Shown: piece by piece, positions 43,990 to 55,971 of the stretch
Layout of the letters: the number at the start of each line of letters is the position of its first letter
Position numbering within the stretch: position 1 is the stretch's first letter
NCBI GenBank assembly: GCA_013265495.1
Contig: MU059537.1
Location: 682,001 to 746,000, forward strand
DNA from: Vicugna vicugna
Taxonomy: Eukaryota
Direction: 5' to 3'
Length of the DNA stretch: 64,000 nucleotides
The notes under the pieces: model-generated
What the model was told of the DNA's origin: nothing
Databases searched by the model: none
What the model saw: the letters and a program-made list of their open reading frames with translations, nothing else
Position numbers and translations under genes: made by a program

Positions 43990-45135
43990 ATCCAAGCCTG
44001 CTGAGGCCCCACTGGAGGTCACATTGTGCTGGTGACTGGGGTGGGGGCACCCCTTGTCAGGAAGGGAGTACTGAGGGCTTGCCTTCCACATGGGGCCCCC
44101 TACCTCGCCCACACAGGTTCACGAGTGCCCCTCAACCCTGCACCCCTCAGCCCTTGGGGGCCTGGGGCTGGGGTGGGCACCTGGTTCACCCCTGCCTGCC
44201 CTCCTCGCCCCCCTGCAGCACTCATGTGTCTCTGGGCTGGGGGTTCACCCCTGCCTCCTCGTTTCCCAAGGACTGTTAGATCCTGGTGAGACCCACAGGG
44301 CTCAGAGGTGGATCCACGCTCAAGCCAGGAAACCAACCCTTTTTACTGACATTGAAGCTCCCAGATTGTATGAAGCTCCCTAAGTTGGAGAGGAGGATGG
44401 GGAAGGAATGGGGGGATGGGGAAGGAATGGGGGGATAGGGGAGAGGAGGAAGGCAGGGGGGGCGGGGAGGGACAAGACAACTGGGCCTGGAGATGGGCCC
44501 TTCCCGTCCTCCTCCTGGCACGGGCACGTACGTGGGGGCTCCTGATGGTCTGGGGAGCATCAGGGCTGGCTGCTTGGGGCCAGGAGGTGGGATGGTGCAG
44601 AGGAGTCCAAGGAGACCCAAGGATGGCAGGGGCAGCTAGCCAGCCATCTGGGAATCCAGAATTGGATAAGAGCTGTGTGGTGGCCCCAGGGCAGTGGGGA
44701 CTATCCAGCCAGGTCTCCCCCAAGACTGGCATGTTCTGACCCTGCATAGTGAGTCCCCCCTTGGAGAGCCTGTAGGGGACAGGGGGCAGCCTCAGAACAG
44801 GTAACCCCGTCCCAAAGTCATGGGTCCCCCGACACTGACACTTCCCATGAGACAGCAGGCCAAGGAAACCTGATGGGTCTGGGGGTCCCTGACCCTCCCA
44901 GGCGTCTGAGCCCAAGTGCCTGTACACGGGATAGGGCCCACATGCATCCAGGGCTATGGAAGCCACTATCAGGACTCCCTGAGCCTGAAGACACCCCATC
45001 CTCCACATTTGTGTGTGTGTCTGTCTTCTGCACGGGCCCAGGATCCACTCACTGCCCTTGTCCCCTGTATCCTCAGTGGCAGGCACTCAGGGTCAGGAGC
45101 CCCGTGGCCCGGAGAGTTTCAGCGCCTATGGGCCA

Positions 45136-45154
45136 TGGCCACCAGGGGGCAGCA
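45136..45154 (+). promoter_or_regulatory. CTCF motif, forward orientation, near-perfect
   Basis: TGGCCACCAGGGGGCAGCA. Confidence 0.82.
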
Positions 45155-46864
45155 CGACTCTCTGCAGCCCCCAGTTTCCTGCAGGCACTCTGGAGAGCCC
45201 CAGGAGGTGAAGGGGGAGAGGACCCCACAACCCATCACCCACCATCTCACACAACCTCGGGCTGCTCCCCTCTGCACGGAAGACTGTGGGGAGGCTGAGC
45301 CCTCATTCCCAGGAAGCTGCCAGGGCTGAAAATTCGGCCTGACAATGTCGTGAGCTCCCTGTCACAGGAGGATCCAAATATACACCACGTGCTGAACCTC
45401 TGTGGTGCCCTGAGCCAGATGGTGCAAAATGCAGAGCCCTCACTGCCGTTGGGACTGCCCACGGTTCAAGAGTTTGCACCCTGCACCACCGCTCACCAGG
45501 AAAGCCCCATGGAGATGGGCTACAGCCCCCTGGGCTGGGAGAGTGGTCACCCTCAGCTGGGATCCCCGTCTCCTTGTCACCATCTGCAGGCTTGGCAGGG
45601 GGTGCCACGAGCCCTACTCTCCAGGGGTGGCAGATGCTCAGGATCTGGGTGACATTGGGAGGATGCCATGGGCCCCCACGGCGGGCAGGGCAGCACAGGC
45701 TGGGGAATGGCATGTACAGAGTTGCCGAGGGGCAGGAGCACGTGGCGTGTTGGGAACACAAAGGCAGCTGCAGCATTAGGGCTGGGGCGTGGTCAGGCGT
45801 GCCCTGACAGCAGAAGACCTCGGACGCTCTGCTCTGCGGGGCAAGGTGTCCTTTCAGGCATGGTTATGGGCCACAGCTGGCACCTGCTGGGCGCTCGGTG
45901 TGTGCCAGGCCCCGGCCAAGCACGTTTCCTGCTACATCTCCTCATCCCCACTTAACAGAGGAGAAAACTGAGCCTCAGAGAGCAGGAGGAAGGTGCCCAG
46001 CAACAGAGGAGCCAAGGCAAACCCAGCCCCCGATGCCGATGCTCACGGCCACCCACACCCGGGGCTGCAGGGGGCAGAGCTAGGGCAATGGCCCAAGGCA
46101 TGAGGAACCGAGTGAGTTCGGGACAAGACTGTGGGATGGGGAGACACATGTTCCTCTAGGATGTGGAGAAGAACAGTCAAAAGTGGACCCCACTCTTGGT
46201 GAGGGGGTAAGCACCCCGTTCTTGGAGGTAACCAAGCCCCACTGGGGGCTCCTCTGGCAGCAGATGGGGGAGGAAACACCTCTACAGGAGGGGAGACCAG
46301 CCTGCTGTCCCAGGCACAGCAGCATTTGAAACTCCTTTTGAGGAATTTTCTTCACAGAGGTTTGGGAGGGCCCAGGCACCGCCCCACCCCACCTCGCCTG
46401 TGCCCGAACACAGAATTTGGCAGTGGGCGCCCTCACCTCGCTCCCAGCCCCCTGGGCACCTGGCAGACGAGCCCCCTACCTGGGCGCTGACGGAGGAAAC
46501 AGCGTGGTGGTCACCCCTTCAGCAGCAGACTTATTTTCGCAAACAAAACTCCCCAGGAAGCCCAAGCTATCACTCCGAACTTATTCCTGATTCAGCGAGC
46601 TTCAGTAGAACACCTGCTGCATGCCAGGCCTGGGCCACAAGGGGACAGTGACAGGAAGACACCAGGCAGCTCTGCGGGCACGAGCCAAGGGCGGCAGTGT
46701 CCGGTACCTCCATGAGAAAAGCAAAACGCATCTCATACTCCGACATGCCCTCAGGAGCCGGGGGCTGTTAACATCCCCAGGTCTCTGGGTTGGGGGAAAC
46801 AGAGGCACAATTGGAACAGTGACTGCAGAAAAGAATCAGTGCAACGAAGGAACTCTGGGGTGAC

Positions 46865-47145
46865 GCCCAGGTATGCACCCCAAAGGCCGAGTGCAAGGAC
46901 TCAGACCAAACCTTGCTCACGAATACACCGCAGCTCCTCTCAGAAAGCCGAAGATGGAAGCAGCCCAGATGATTATCAGCTGGTCCAAGGACAAGCAAAG
47001 CACAGTCCATCCTGCAGTGGAATACTCTTCAGCCGTAGGAAAGAGTGAAGCCTGACCCAGGCGACCATACCAGCACTACACAGACTGCCCCGGGAAAGGA
47101 AGTTATCTCACATAACAGGAAGAACACAGGGAATGTGAACTCCGG
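46865..47145 (+). mobile_element. Old L1M-type LINE-1 (ORF2 end / 3'UTR)
   Basis: ggtatgcaccccaaag...agccgaagatggaagcagcccagatg...catcctgcagtggaatactcttcagccgtaggaaagagtgaa matches the L1 ...gccaaaaggtggaaacaacccaaatgtcc...atggaatattattcagcc block. Confidence 0.8.
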
Positions 47146-47274
47146 GCACAGGTCCATCAAAGCTCCAGCTGTACTTCTCTGAGATTCTTCCCCACCCTCA
47201 TTCTGGTGTGGGCTTCCCTCATGGTCACAAAAAGGCTGCCTGTTCCTCCAGGGACAGGAGAAAGAACAGAACCC

Positions 47275-47400
47275 ACAAGGCCACCTCTGGTCACCTTTCA
47301 CTGGCCTAAATCAGCCTACTCTTGCCCACCCCTGAACCAGTCACTGGCTAGGAGGAAGGGCAGGTGATCTGTGATTGGTCAGAGGGTTGCACTGTAAAAC
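47275..47400 (-). mobile_element. MLT1-type LTR remnant
   Basis: ttgcccacccctgaaccagtcactggctagg...ctgtgattggtcag. Confidence 0.55.
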
Positions 47401-47581
47401 CCCAACCCAGCCGCTCAGAAAGGTCCTGGGAGCTCAGAGCCATCACTTTCTGGAAGCCTGGCCAGAGCCTCAGAAATCTATCCACCTGTGGCATCACTCA
47501 GCCGCCTGCCATGGCTCCCCACATTGCCTGCAGAGCAGAGCCAAAACTTGTGAGCATGACTCCCACCTGCGTTCCTAGATT

Positions 47582-47730
47582 ATTTCATCCTTACGATGAC
47601 CCTGAAAAGTCAGTACACCTATTCCCCTCACTCTAGAGATGAGGAAACTAAGGCACAGAGAGGTTAGGTTACATGCCCAAGGCCACACAGCAGAGAAATG
47701 GTGGAGCCAGGATTCACATCCAAACAGCTG
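47582..47730 (-). mobile_element. MIR, well preserved
   Basis: atttcatccttac...agatgaggaaactaaggcacagagaggttaggttacatgcccaaggccacacagc...ggagccaggattc. Confidence 0.88.
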
Positions 47731-47734
47731 GCCC

Positions 47735-47910
47735 AGAACTTCCCTCCCTTCCCACACTGCCTGCATTCTGGCCACTCCTTCCTTGAACTGCCACAGCCCA
47801 GCCTCCTCTCCCTGCTAGTAATGCCTTTCCCTCCGCCACCCACCAGCTTGCTCCCCCTCGGTCTTCACAGACAACCAATTCAAATGTTACCTCCTCTGAG
47901 AAGCCTTCCT
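47735..47910 (+). mobile_element. L2 fragment
   Basis: aattcaaatgttacctcctctgagaagccttcctg. Confidence 0.7.
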
Positions 47911-48347
47911 GGGCTCCTTCTCTGGAGAAGCAGGGACCTGGAAGCCTGGGGCCAAGACTCAGGTCTGTCCCTGGCTTGCTGGGTGACCTCTGAGCCTCTG
48001 AGGACTCACCTGTGAAATGGGTTTGGTGACAGGGCTGGGAACACCATGTGGAGGGTGCCCTGAAGCCGCCTGCATCCCCTGCCCTCTCTCTGGCCAGAAC
48101 AAGCTCGAGGCCTTGCTCCTGCATCTGGAGTTTCCGCTGACAGCCCCAGTGTAAACAGATGGAGGAGGCGCGGGAGAAGTGTCAGCCGGCCTTAAACAAA
48201 CCTGCTCCGCCGGAGATACGGAGCAGGCCAGCAGACGCCGGGGGCTCTGGCTGGAAGGATTGAAGTGAGATTTAAACAGGATTTGATTCACAAAAAGGAA
48301 AAAATAATTATCCACAAGGCCCTGGACACGGAAATGTCTTTCCTCGA

Positions 48348-48408
48348 ATGGATGGAGGGATGCAGGGATGGAGGGAGGGAGGGAGGGATGGATGGATGGA
48401 TGGATGGA
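48348..48408. repeat. (GGAT)n/(GGAG)n microsatellite
   Basis: atggatggagggatgcagggatggagggagggagggagggatggatggatggatggatgga. Confidence 0.9.
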
Positions 48409-48559
48409 AAGAGATGGTGCCCAACTGAGTCTAAGGTCTGGCAGTAGCGAATTGTCAGCCAGGGTCTAGGTTGGAAACTGGAAGCTGAGAAGGCTGATAG
48501 ACCAATGTCCGCTCCGACCAGCATCTCCGTGTACTGGTGGGAACCAAGGCTGACCCAGA

Positions 48560-48720
48560 GAGAGTTACCCCTAGCTGGACATCAGAATCGCTGGGGAGCT
48601 CTTTGAAACGCTGGTGCCCAGGCTCCTACCTAGACCACTGAAGTCAGTCTCTCCAGGCCCAGCCTGGGCACCTGTATTTGATCAAAGCTCCCAGGCTGAC
48701 ACACCCTCTGATACACTCTC
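48560..48720. mobile_element. MER5A (hAT-Charlie MITE)
   Basis: catcagaatcgctggggagctctttgaaa...tgcccaggctcc...agtcagtctctc...gggcacctgtatttgatcaaagctcccagg. Confidence 0.8.
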
Positions 48721-50950
48721 ACACTTAGCCCCATGCAGCCACGCGCTGGGCCCCAAGACACATCTGTTTTCTCACTTGCTCCTCACCGCAGCACCAAACA
48801 CTGCTGTCCTCACTGTGCAGATGGGGACACTGGGCACGTGGTGACTAGTGACGTGCCTCAGGTAGGAGAGGGCAGGGCTAGGATTAGAACCCAAATCTGT
48901 CATCCCCAAATGTCTCCATCACCTCATTCTGAGTCTCCATCCCAGTTTCTCCAACCCCCTGGGGAACCAGGCTCAGGACAGAAATCGGCCTGAGAAAGAG
49001 GGTCCAGAGCGTGGGGGCAGACAGGAACCCCCCCCCCCAGCTAACTCAGCCTGTCCTGGCTCTGACCCTCCAACTCCCTGTGTGACTTCAGGGGCTGGAC
49101 CACACTCCAGCTCTAACCTGCAGGGGGCTTCAGATCCCTGAAGGCTCAGGCCGACCCTCATGGCGAGAACACTTTCCCACACAAATCCGGGGGTTTGTAG
49201 ATCCACTGAGACCACCCAGGACCCCAGATCCAGAGCCCTGAGTCAGAGGATGTCAGGCAGGCCTCCTGGCTAAAAGAACGGAAGTTTCAAAGACTCTCCT
49301 CTCTTGGAGCATGTTTTTTAATTACCCGACTGCCTACCTGCCCACACGCACAGGTGCCTGGAGGAGGCAGGAGCTAGGCCAGTGGCCCCCACCCAGGGGT
49401 CCCTTCTGTGGATGGAGAGAGCCACCCCCACTTCCCCACCCATGCCATGCGCAGCCCGCCCCCTTCCCAGACGCCTGCAGGTGGAACACAGAGTAGCCAC
49501 TGGCTTCCAGACATAGGGCCCCTTGCAACCCAGCCCCCACCTTGCTCCTGCCCTGGTGACAAGAGGTCCCACCCAGAACTGACCATTAGCGGTACATCCC
49601 AGCCTGGCCCCTGCTCCTCCAGCTCCCACCCCAACTCCTATCCAGGAGACCCCACCTCCATCCCACCTGCCGCCCAGGGCCCACTGGCAGTCGGGGCTGG
49701 GAACCGGCTCTCAGGGGCTGCCTGGGGTCCACAGAGCCCCGGGCTCTGCCCATCCCTAGACTACAGCCTGAGGCAAAGGTGGAAGTGGGGTTCTGGACCC
49801 CTCTCCCATGGCTTCCAGGGCAGCCCCCTTCTCCGTTTCATGTCATGGGGTCTCCGTGTAATTTCTTCAGACAAAACATTCTGCTGCTTAAAGCTTTGGA
49901 GGATGGTGGGTTTGGATCAGCTCCCAGCTCCCTTCCCACCAGGGGTGGGGGTGATGTGGTCTGATCTGTCACCAAAGGGTCCTGATGCCGCAGGTCCCTG
50001 AGACCCCACCTTCCCAGCGGCCCTCCTGTCCCCAGGCAGCAGAGGAGAGCCTGGTGGTTGTGAGACGTTCCTGAGTCAGGCCGGCTCCCCCTGCAGCCTT
50101 GTGGGGTTGGGGAGCAGGTGTGGTATGGGAGGAGGCTCTCCTTTATTTGCAGCAAATGCAGTCCTAACTGCTCCTCCAAGTTCCGGGTCCTGGTGCAGGG
50201 CCGCTGGACGGGCTCCGCCTGTGCGCAGCAAACCCCAGCTGCTGCTGCTGCCTCGGTCCCCGCCTTAACCGTCACTCCACCACCAGCAGCACTGCCATTA
50301 TCACGTCCAGTTGCATCTGTGGCTTTGTTGGCCCATTTCCCTGCCAGATCCAAGGCTCTCGCACCCGCCACAGAGCAGGGCCCAAAGTGCAGGGTCTGGG
50401 ACAAGCACCCAGTGTGGACACTCGGCTCATGTCCTGAGAGCTGGCAGGGGCGGGGCCGGGGCCCTGAGTCCCCCTCGTCAGAAGCATAGCAGACCAACCT
50501 TCATTCCTTCCACTGACCTGCCCAGGGTCACCCTGGCGGGGCGGCGAAGCTGCCGTCCTGACAGCCTGAAACAGGCCTTGGCCGGCACCCCGGCTCTCCT
50601 GCCCTCCCACAAGCTTCAACCCACGCCCAACCCCTCCCACCCATCTAAACACCTTCTAGGTCTGGCCTCTGTCCTCCTGACGGGCCTTGTAAGCAGGAAG
50701 TAGCCAGCAGGCCTGTCCAGGCCGGTCCCAGACACCACCAGCTCCGTGGGAGAAAGAGGAGGGCTTGGAAGGGCCCTGGATGGAATCCACACCTCCCCAT
50801 TTTTCATCGGAAAGAGAAACCTCCCACGGGCAGGGACAGGGCAGGGCACAGAACCCACAGGGCTGTCTGTGATGTGTGAAGACCTTTCTTAAGAGGTGCC
50901 AGAGTCAGATGGTGGCAGCACATGTACCCAAGCTGGGTGGCCAGCCAGTG

Positions 50951-51100
50951 ACTGAGACCTGGTCACACTCTGAGCCCACATCCTAGTCACAGGCTGAACT
51001 CCGACCTTGCTCATGGACTAAGGTTGGCCCTTGTCACAGACTGAGCCCTGACCCTGGTCATTACTGAGCCTTGGCCCTGGTCCCACTCTAAGCCTGACCC
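50951..51100. repeat. Degenerate second array (~6 units) of the 24-bp minisatellite at 12236-12547
   Basis: actgagccctgaccctggtca, actgagccttggccctggtcccac, ctgagcccacatcctagtcacag. Confidence 0.75.
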
Positions 51101-52704
51101 ATATGGCCCCACGAGCTGTCAGGCAGAAGGCTCACTGTCCCTTCCTCGAGGTAAGAAAGCCGAGGTCCAGAGCCACGGTGCCCCAGCCCTGCCCCCCGCA
51201 GCCGGTCAGCCGCCGAGCTGGGACCTGAGCCAGGTCCGGGGCCCTGAGTCTGGCACTGTCTCCCTTTCACCAAAGCTTCTGAGGGCCTGGCAAGGGCCCT
51301 GGAGGCGCCACATGAGGAAGAGGGCAGCCTTGCCAGGGCAAGTGCCCTGGGGCTGGGGGAAGAGAGGGCCCACCTCCAGCACTGACAGGGGACAGCGCTT
51401 GGCAGGGCCGGGGCGCTGAGCTCCCCTGGAGGCCTCTGAGAAGACAGCTCAGGACAGAACAGACCTACCTGGGGGCAGGTACTTCCTTAGTGGGGGCTGA
51501 CCTCACGCTGCCCTCCGTCAGCAAGGCCAGGGATTCCGGGCTGACAAAAAGCAGATGTCCCACCACCAGGGCAGACCCCACGCGCCCCGGGTCAGTTCTC
51601 TGTAAGATGCAGGAGACAGTCGGATCCACAGCTGCTCCTGTGAACCTTCTGGGGCCGATTTTCCAAAACCAGTAAATGCATATGCCGTCTATTACGTGAC
51701 GCCCTCACGGGGTCAGGGGCAGCCCCACTCCACCAAACACAAAGGGAAGCACCAGGCTCACGCTGAGCAGGACACGTGAAGACCCCACTAGCCTCCGGTA
51801 GTTCCGGCCACTTGATACAGCTGCGGGGGTTTGAGTCAAGCTCACCTGGGTGCTTTCCCATCTCAGAGCAGTTTGGTCTCCAAGATTCTGGACAGGGAGA
51901 GAGGCTCTGGGGACACGTGGAGTCTGACCTGCCCCTCTGCCCAGCTGCCCGTTGGCTGGAGCCCGCCTTCTCCTAGTGCCCTCCCCGCCCACAAAACCAG
52001 AGGACTGGCACCAGCGTTCCGGAAAGCCACCATCCTGGCCAACAGAAACAGCATCCCTCCTCCTATTCCCACCAGCTGCCCGCTCCTCGGGGCAGTGGGC
52101 AGTGAGGGGGAGGCGGGCCTTCGCGGACTGGGACCCTGACATCCTCCCATCACCCTCAGCAGGGCTTCATCCCCACTGCCCAGATGGGCAGACCACAGTC
52201 AGGAAGGAGTCCGGTGGGTCATGTCCAGGGCTCCCTTGGGAGGCAGGGGCCGACCCAGGCTCCCGCTGACCCCTGTGCTTCATCAGCCGCAGGAGAGACT
52301 CAGTGCGGAGAAGTCTGGGGGCCACATCCCCTAGTGCCTGATTCTAATCCTGGCTCCCCCTCCCAGTAGCCAGGAGGCCTCAGGTCCCTGCACTCTCTGA
52401 GCCTGTTTCCCCTCCTAGAAGAGGGAAGGTGGTGCTAATGATGCTCCCACCCCGCCCCATCCCCTTCGCCAGCAGGAGAGGCAGGGTGAGCGGCCCTAAA
52501 ACCCAGCAAGAATCAGGCGAAGCTGCAGCGGGAGAGAATGAGGTCAGCCACTAGGAAGAGCATCCTGTTTGTCAGAGGGACAGAGCACACCCTGGACGGC
52601 TCTGGGCAAGTCTGCAGAGGCAGGAAAGGGGCCCAGGTGTCTGCAACAGGGCCACACCAGCCTGGGGCCCTGCCTTGCCTGCCCACTTTTAAAATGAGTG
52701 GGCA

Positions 52705-52935
52705 CTGGCATTTATTGAGCTCCTACTGTGTACCCTCATAGACCCTGAGCATCAAGACGGAGAAACACGTAAGATTCTGGCCCCGTCAGAGAGGAGCTAA
52801 ACATCCAGTTACAGACAGATGTGGCCTAGGAAAGTCGAGACAAGTGACCCAGGTCCAGGCTGCCCTCAGAATTCAGGACTGAGAGAAACCATTCAAGACA
52901 GGCTTCATGGAAGAGGTGGCCTTGAGGCTAGGGTA
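52705..52935 (-). mobile_element. L2 fragment
   Basis: catttattgagctcctactgtgt...gacaggcttcatggaagaggtggccttgagg. Confidence 0.7.
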
Positions 52936-53139
52936 GATCTGGATCTAGAGAGAAGTGCGAGAGCATTCAAGGTGGGGAGGTCAGTCGGGGCGGGGGTGTG
53001 GAGGTGGCAAGGAGCTTGGCTTCCCCCAGAGAGTGGGGAGAGGCCTCGGGGAGCATCTTCTGTCACAGGACAGCAGGTGGAGCCTGGGCAGGGCCCATCC
53101 CAGAAACTTTAACCCAGACTCTTAGAAGTAATAACACCT

Positions 53140-53360
53140 TAGAAATTTGGAACCACAGAATCTTAGAATCGGCGATGTTTAGAGTCTGGGGTCTCTGTGT
53201 CCCCTTCCTCAGAGGTCATCGGTCTTCCTGCCCACCCAAGGCTGACCCCCCACAGCAGCTCTGGAATGTGTCCATCCAGGCTCTGTTTCAGTCACTTACG
53301 GGGACGGGGAGCTCACTGCCTTCTGTGCGGGGCAGTGGACGGAGTTGTGCAGAGACCAGC
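53140..53360 (-). mobile_element. L3/CR1-like remnant
   Basis: cacagaatcttagaatc...atccaggctctgtttcagtcacttacggggacggggagctcactgcctt resembles the antisense CR1/L3 3' end. Confidence 0.5.
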
Positions 53361-54986
53361 AGCTCTGCAGCAGTGTCCCCACAAGGGCCCTACCCCTCGC
53401 CAGCCCTGCTCCCACTGCAGGGTCAGGGAGGCAGCCCCGGCGTCCAGGGCCACCCCCCTGAGGCCTGCTGAGCAGACAGAGACAGACAAGGCTATTCTGG
53501 TCCCATGGGCCGTGCAGAGGCCGGGAAGGGCTGAAATAGAAAGCAGGTCCCAAGCCCTGCGGGGTATGTGGCCGGCTCTTGACCTGAGTGGGCCGGCCTA
53601 GCTCTGCCGAGGGAGCCGCCGCCCAGCCCAGGCCAGGGCAGCTGTCAGTGGTTGGCCTGCATCTCCAGGCTTAGGCTGTCAGCTGCCTGAGGACAGGGTC
53701 CTGGACAGGGGAGAGACCCAGAACCAGCATCCCCACACCCTGGGTGTGCAGTACTTGCCACTGTGCCTGGGGCATGGGTTCCCGATGCTTCTGCAGAGGA
53801 AGCAGATCCAACTCCTCAGGGCAACTCCGGGGATCTGTGGGCCCGGCTGGCTGCCTAGGCTCAGACCCCAGCTCCACCCCTCCCCAGCTGCATGACCTCG
53901 GGCCTCTGGCTCCGCTCCATCACACAAGGACGGTAACAAGGGTGCCTCCGTGGAGGGTTGTTTGGGAAAGTGCTCCACCCCGAGCCTGGCACGTCGCACC
54001 TGCTCAACAAATGCAGCTTTTACTCCTGTGCGTCGTCACCGGTGCTCGACTGGCCGACCCCCTAGACATGCGTTTTCAAGCCACAGGCCATGACCCAGCA
54101 GTGGGTCAGTTTAGTGGGGTCACAACTGGCCTGTTCTGCATCCCAGCGCCCAGGCCTTAAGGAGAAATAAGCAGGCCCACACCCCACGTCCCCACGCCGC
54201 AATGCCAGTGGGGACAGCGCTCACACGGGCAGCCCGCCAGAGCCCTCCCAGCCCGGGCCAAGCGTCCAGAGGAGGCCACGTGGGAGGGGGTGCAGCTCAG
54301 GCCCCAGAGAGCCCGCCTTTCGCCCTCTCCCTCGTGACCAAGTCATCCCAGCAGCCCCCGCACTGGACAGACCCAGAGGCTCTGCCCGCTCCTCGGCCCC
54401 GGGTGCAGACAGTCCTGAGGTGGTGGGAGCAGCCACGGCCCCGCCCCGGAGCCCCCTGGTCCCCGTCCTGGCTCCTTGGGGGCAGCCGTGTGAGCCCAGG
54501 GGAGGCAAGGGCTCCCCTATCCTCTCTGCCCCCGGGGAACCCACCATTCCCCTCTGTCTCCCAAGGGGGCACTCAGTGTGCATCCCTGCCCCACCTGGCC
54601 AGTCACAGGTGAGTGACAAGGGGCACACCTACCCAGACTCTGGGGAGGCTCCGAAGGGCTGAAGCAGCAGCTGAGTTTGGAGTGCCAAGCCCCACTCCTG
54701 CCCTCAGTGCGCTTACCTGTAAGAGGCAGGGCTACCTCAGTGGGCTCCACAGCCAAGCCAGGCAAAGCAGGTGCAAGTCGCAGGAGGGCCAGGGGGCCGG
54801 TGACAGGCTCCTGCTCCTCAGCCGGGAGGACCTAATGCCACCCAGGCGAGCTCTTCCTGTTTGGAAAGGCTTCCTCCTCCCGCTGTCACGGCCCAGCCTG
54901 GACACATGTAAGCAAGTGGCACACACGCCTCCCAAAGGGACTTGATGCTAACCAGGAGGCTGGGGAGGGGCATGTCCGTGAATCTG

Positions 54987-55216
54987 CGTGTGCACATCCA
55001 TATGTCATGTGTGTGTGCCAGTGTGTGTGTACGTGTGTGCAGGAGTGTACACCAGTGTGAGTGTGCACCATGTGTGCCTGTGTGTATACACGCCCATGTA
55101 TGCATCGACATATGTGTGCAGGGGTGTGTGTGTTCACCTGTGCGCACGCACCTGTGTATGTTATGCATGTGATATGTGTATGTGCATGTGTGTGCATACA
55201 CGCCAATGCATGTATA
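54987..55216. repeat. Degenerate (TG/CA)n alternating purine-pyrimidine tract
   Basis: ~230 nt of gtgtgtgt/atgcatgt/gtgtatac units. Confidence 0.9.
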
Positions 55217-55394
55217 AGCAAGTAGGGGCCAGAGCAGGGCTGACTGTGGTGTCTGTGCGCATAGGGATGGGAGGAAAGTGGACACGTATTTCAGGGCTGA
55301 GATGTGGAGGAAATGTGCTGCGGGCTTGAGAGGTCAGCCTGGTCCCAACTTCAGCCAGCTGCTCTCTGGCTGCAGGACTTGCTCAGTGGCCTCG

Positions 55395-55500
55395 TCCTGG
55401 CCCCAGTTTCCACATCTGTAAAGTGGGATCACACTTGCACTTGCCTTTCAGGGCTGTTGTGAAAATGAGGTGATGCATGTGGAACCCCTGAAACAGCATT
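55395..55500 (+). mobile_element. MIR fragment
   Basis: ccccagtttccacatctgtaaagtggg...cagggctgttgtgaaaatgag. Confidence 0.75.
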
Positions 55501-55971
55501 TTGGGTAGAGCTCGCGGTGTAACCCTTCTGGGGTGTGAATGATGCTCTGACTTTCTTTCCCTGAGACCTGCTCCCTGGAACCATGGCTCCTCGAGTCCTG
55601 CAAGGTCTGCTGACAAGGCTTCCTCCTCCAGCACTCCCTCCTGGGTTTTATCCACCCTTTGAAGACCTGGGGCTTCCCCTCGGCCTCCTCATGGGTGCGA
55701 AGCACCCCGTACCTCCCTGTCATTCCTGTTGCTCCGCGGGGACTCTGCCAGGTCCACAGCAGCACCAGAAGTCTACCTTGCTTTCCACGCTAAGCTTGCC
55801 AAGGACTGGGGCCGCAGTCCCAAGGACCCACGAGGAAGGCCGTTCTCACAGTCTGACGCTGAGTTGAACAGGAGGTTAAACAGCCCTTTCTTGGTCACTC
55901 AGGCGGCCCAAGTGTGTGTTGCCACACGGAAGCCCAGGCCCTGCTCCCGCCAGCATCTGCAGTGATCCGGT

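Noticed and set aside
48201-48227. Perfect 9-bp inverted repeat cctgctccg...cggagcagg
   Set aside because: A few such stems are expected by chance in 64 kb of GC-rich DNA; no miRNA-length hairpin.
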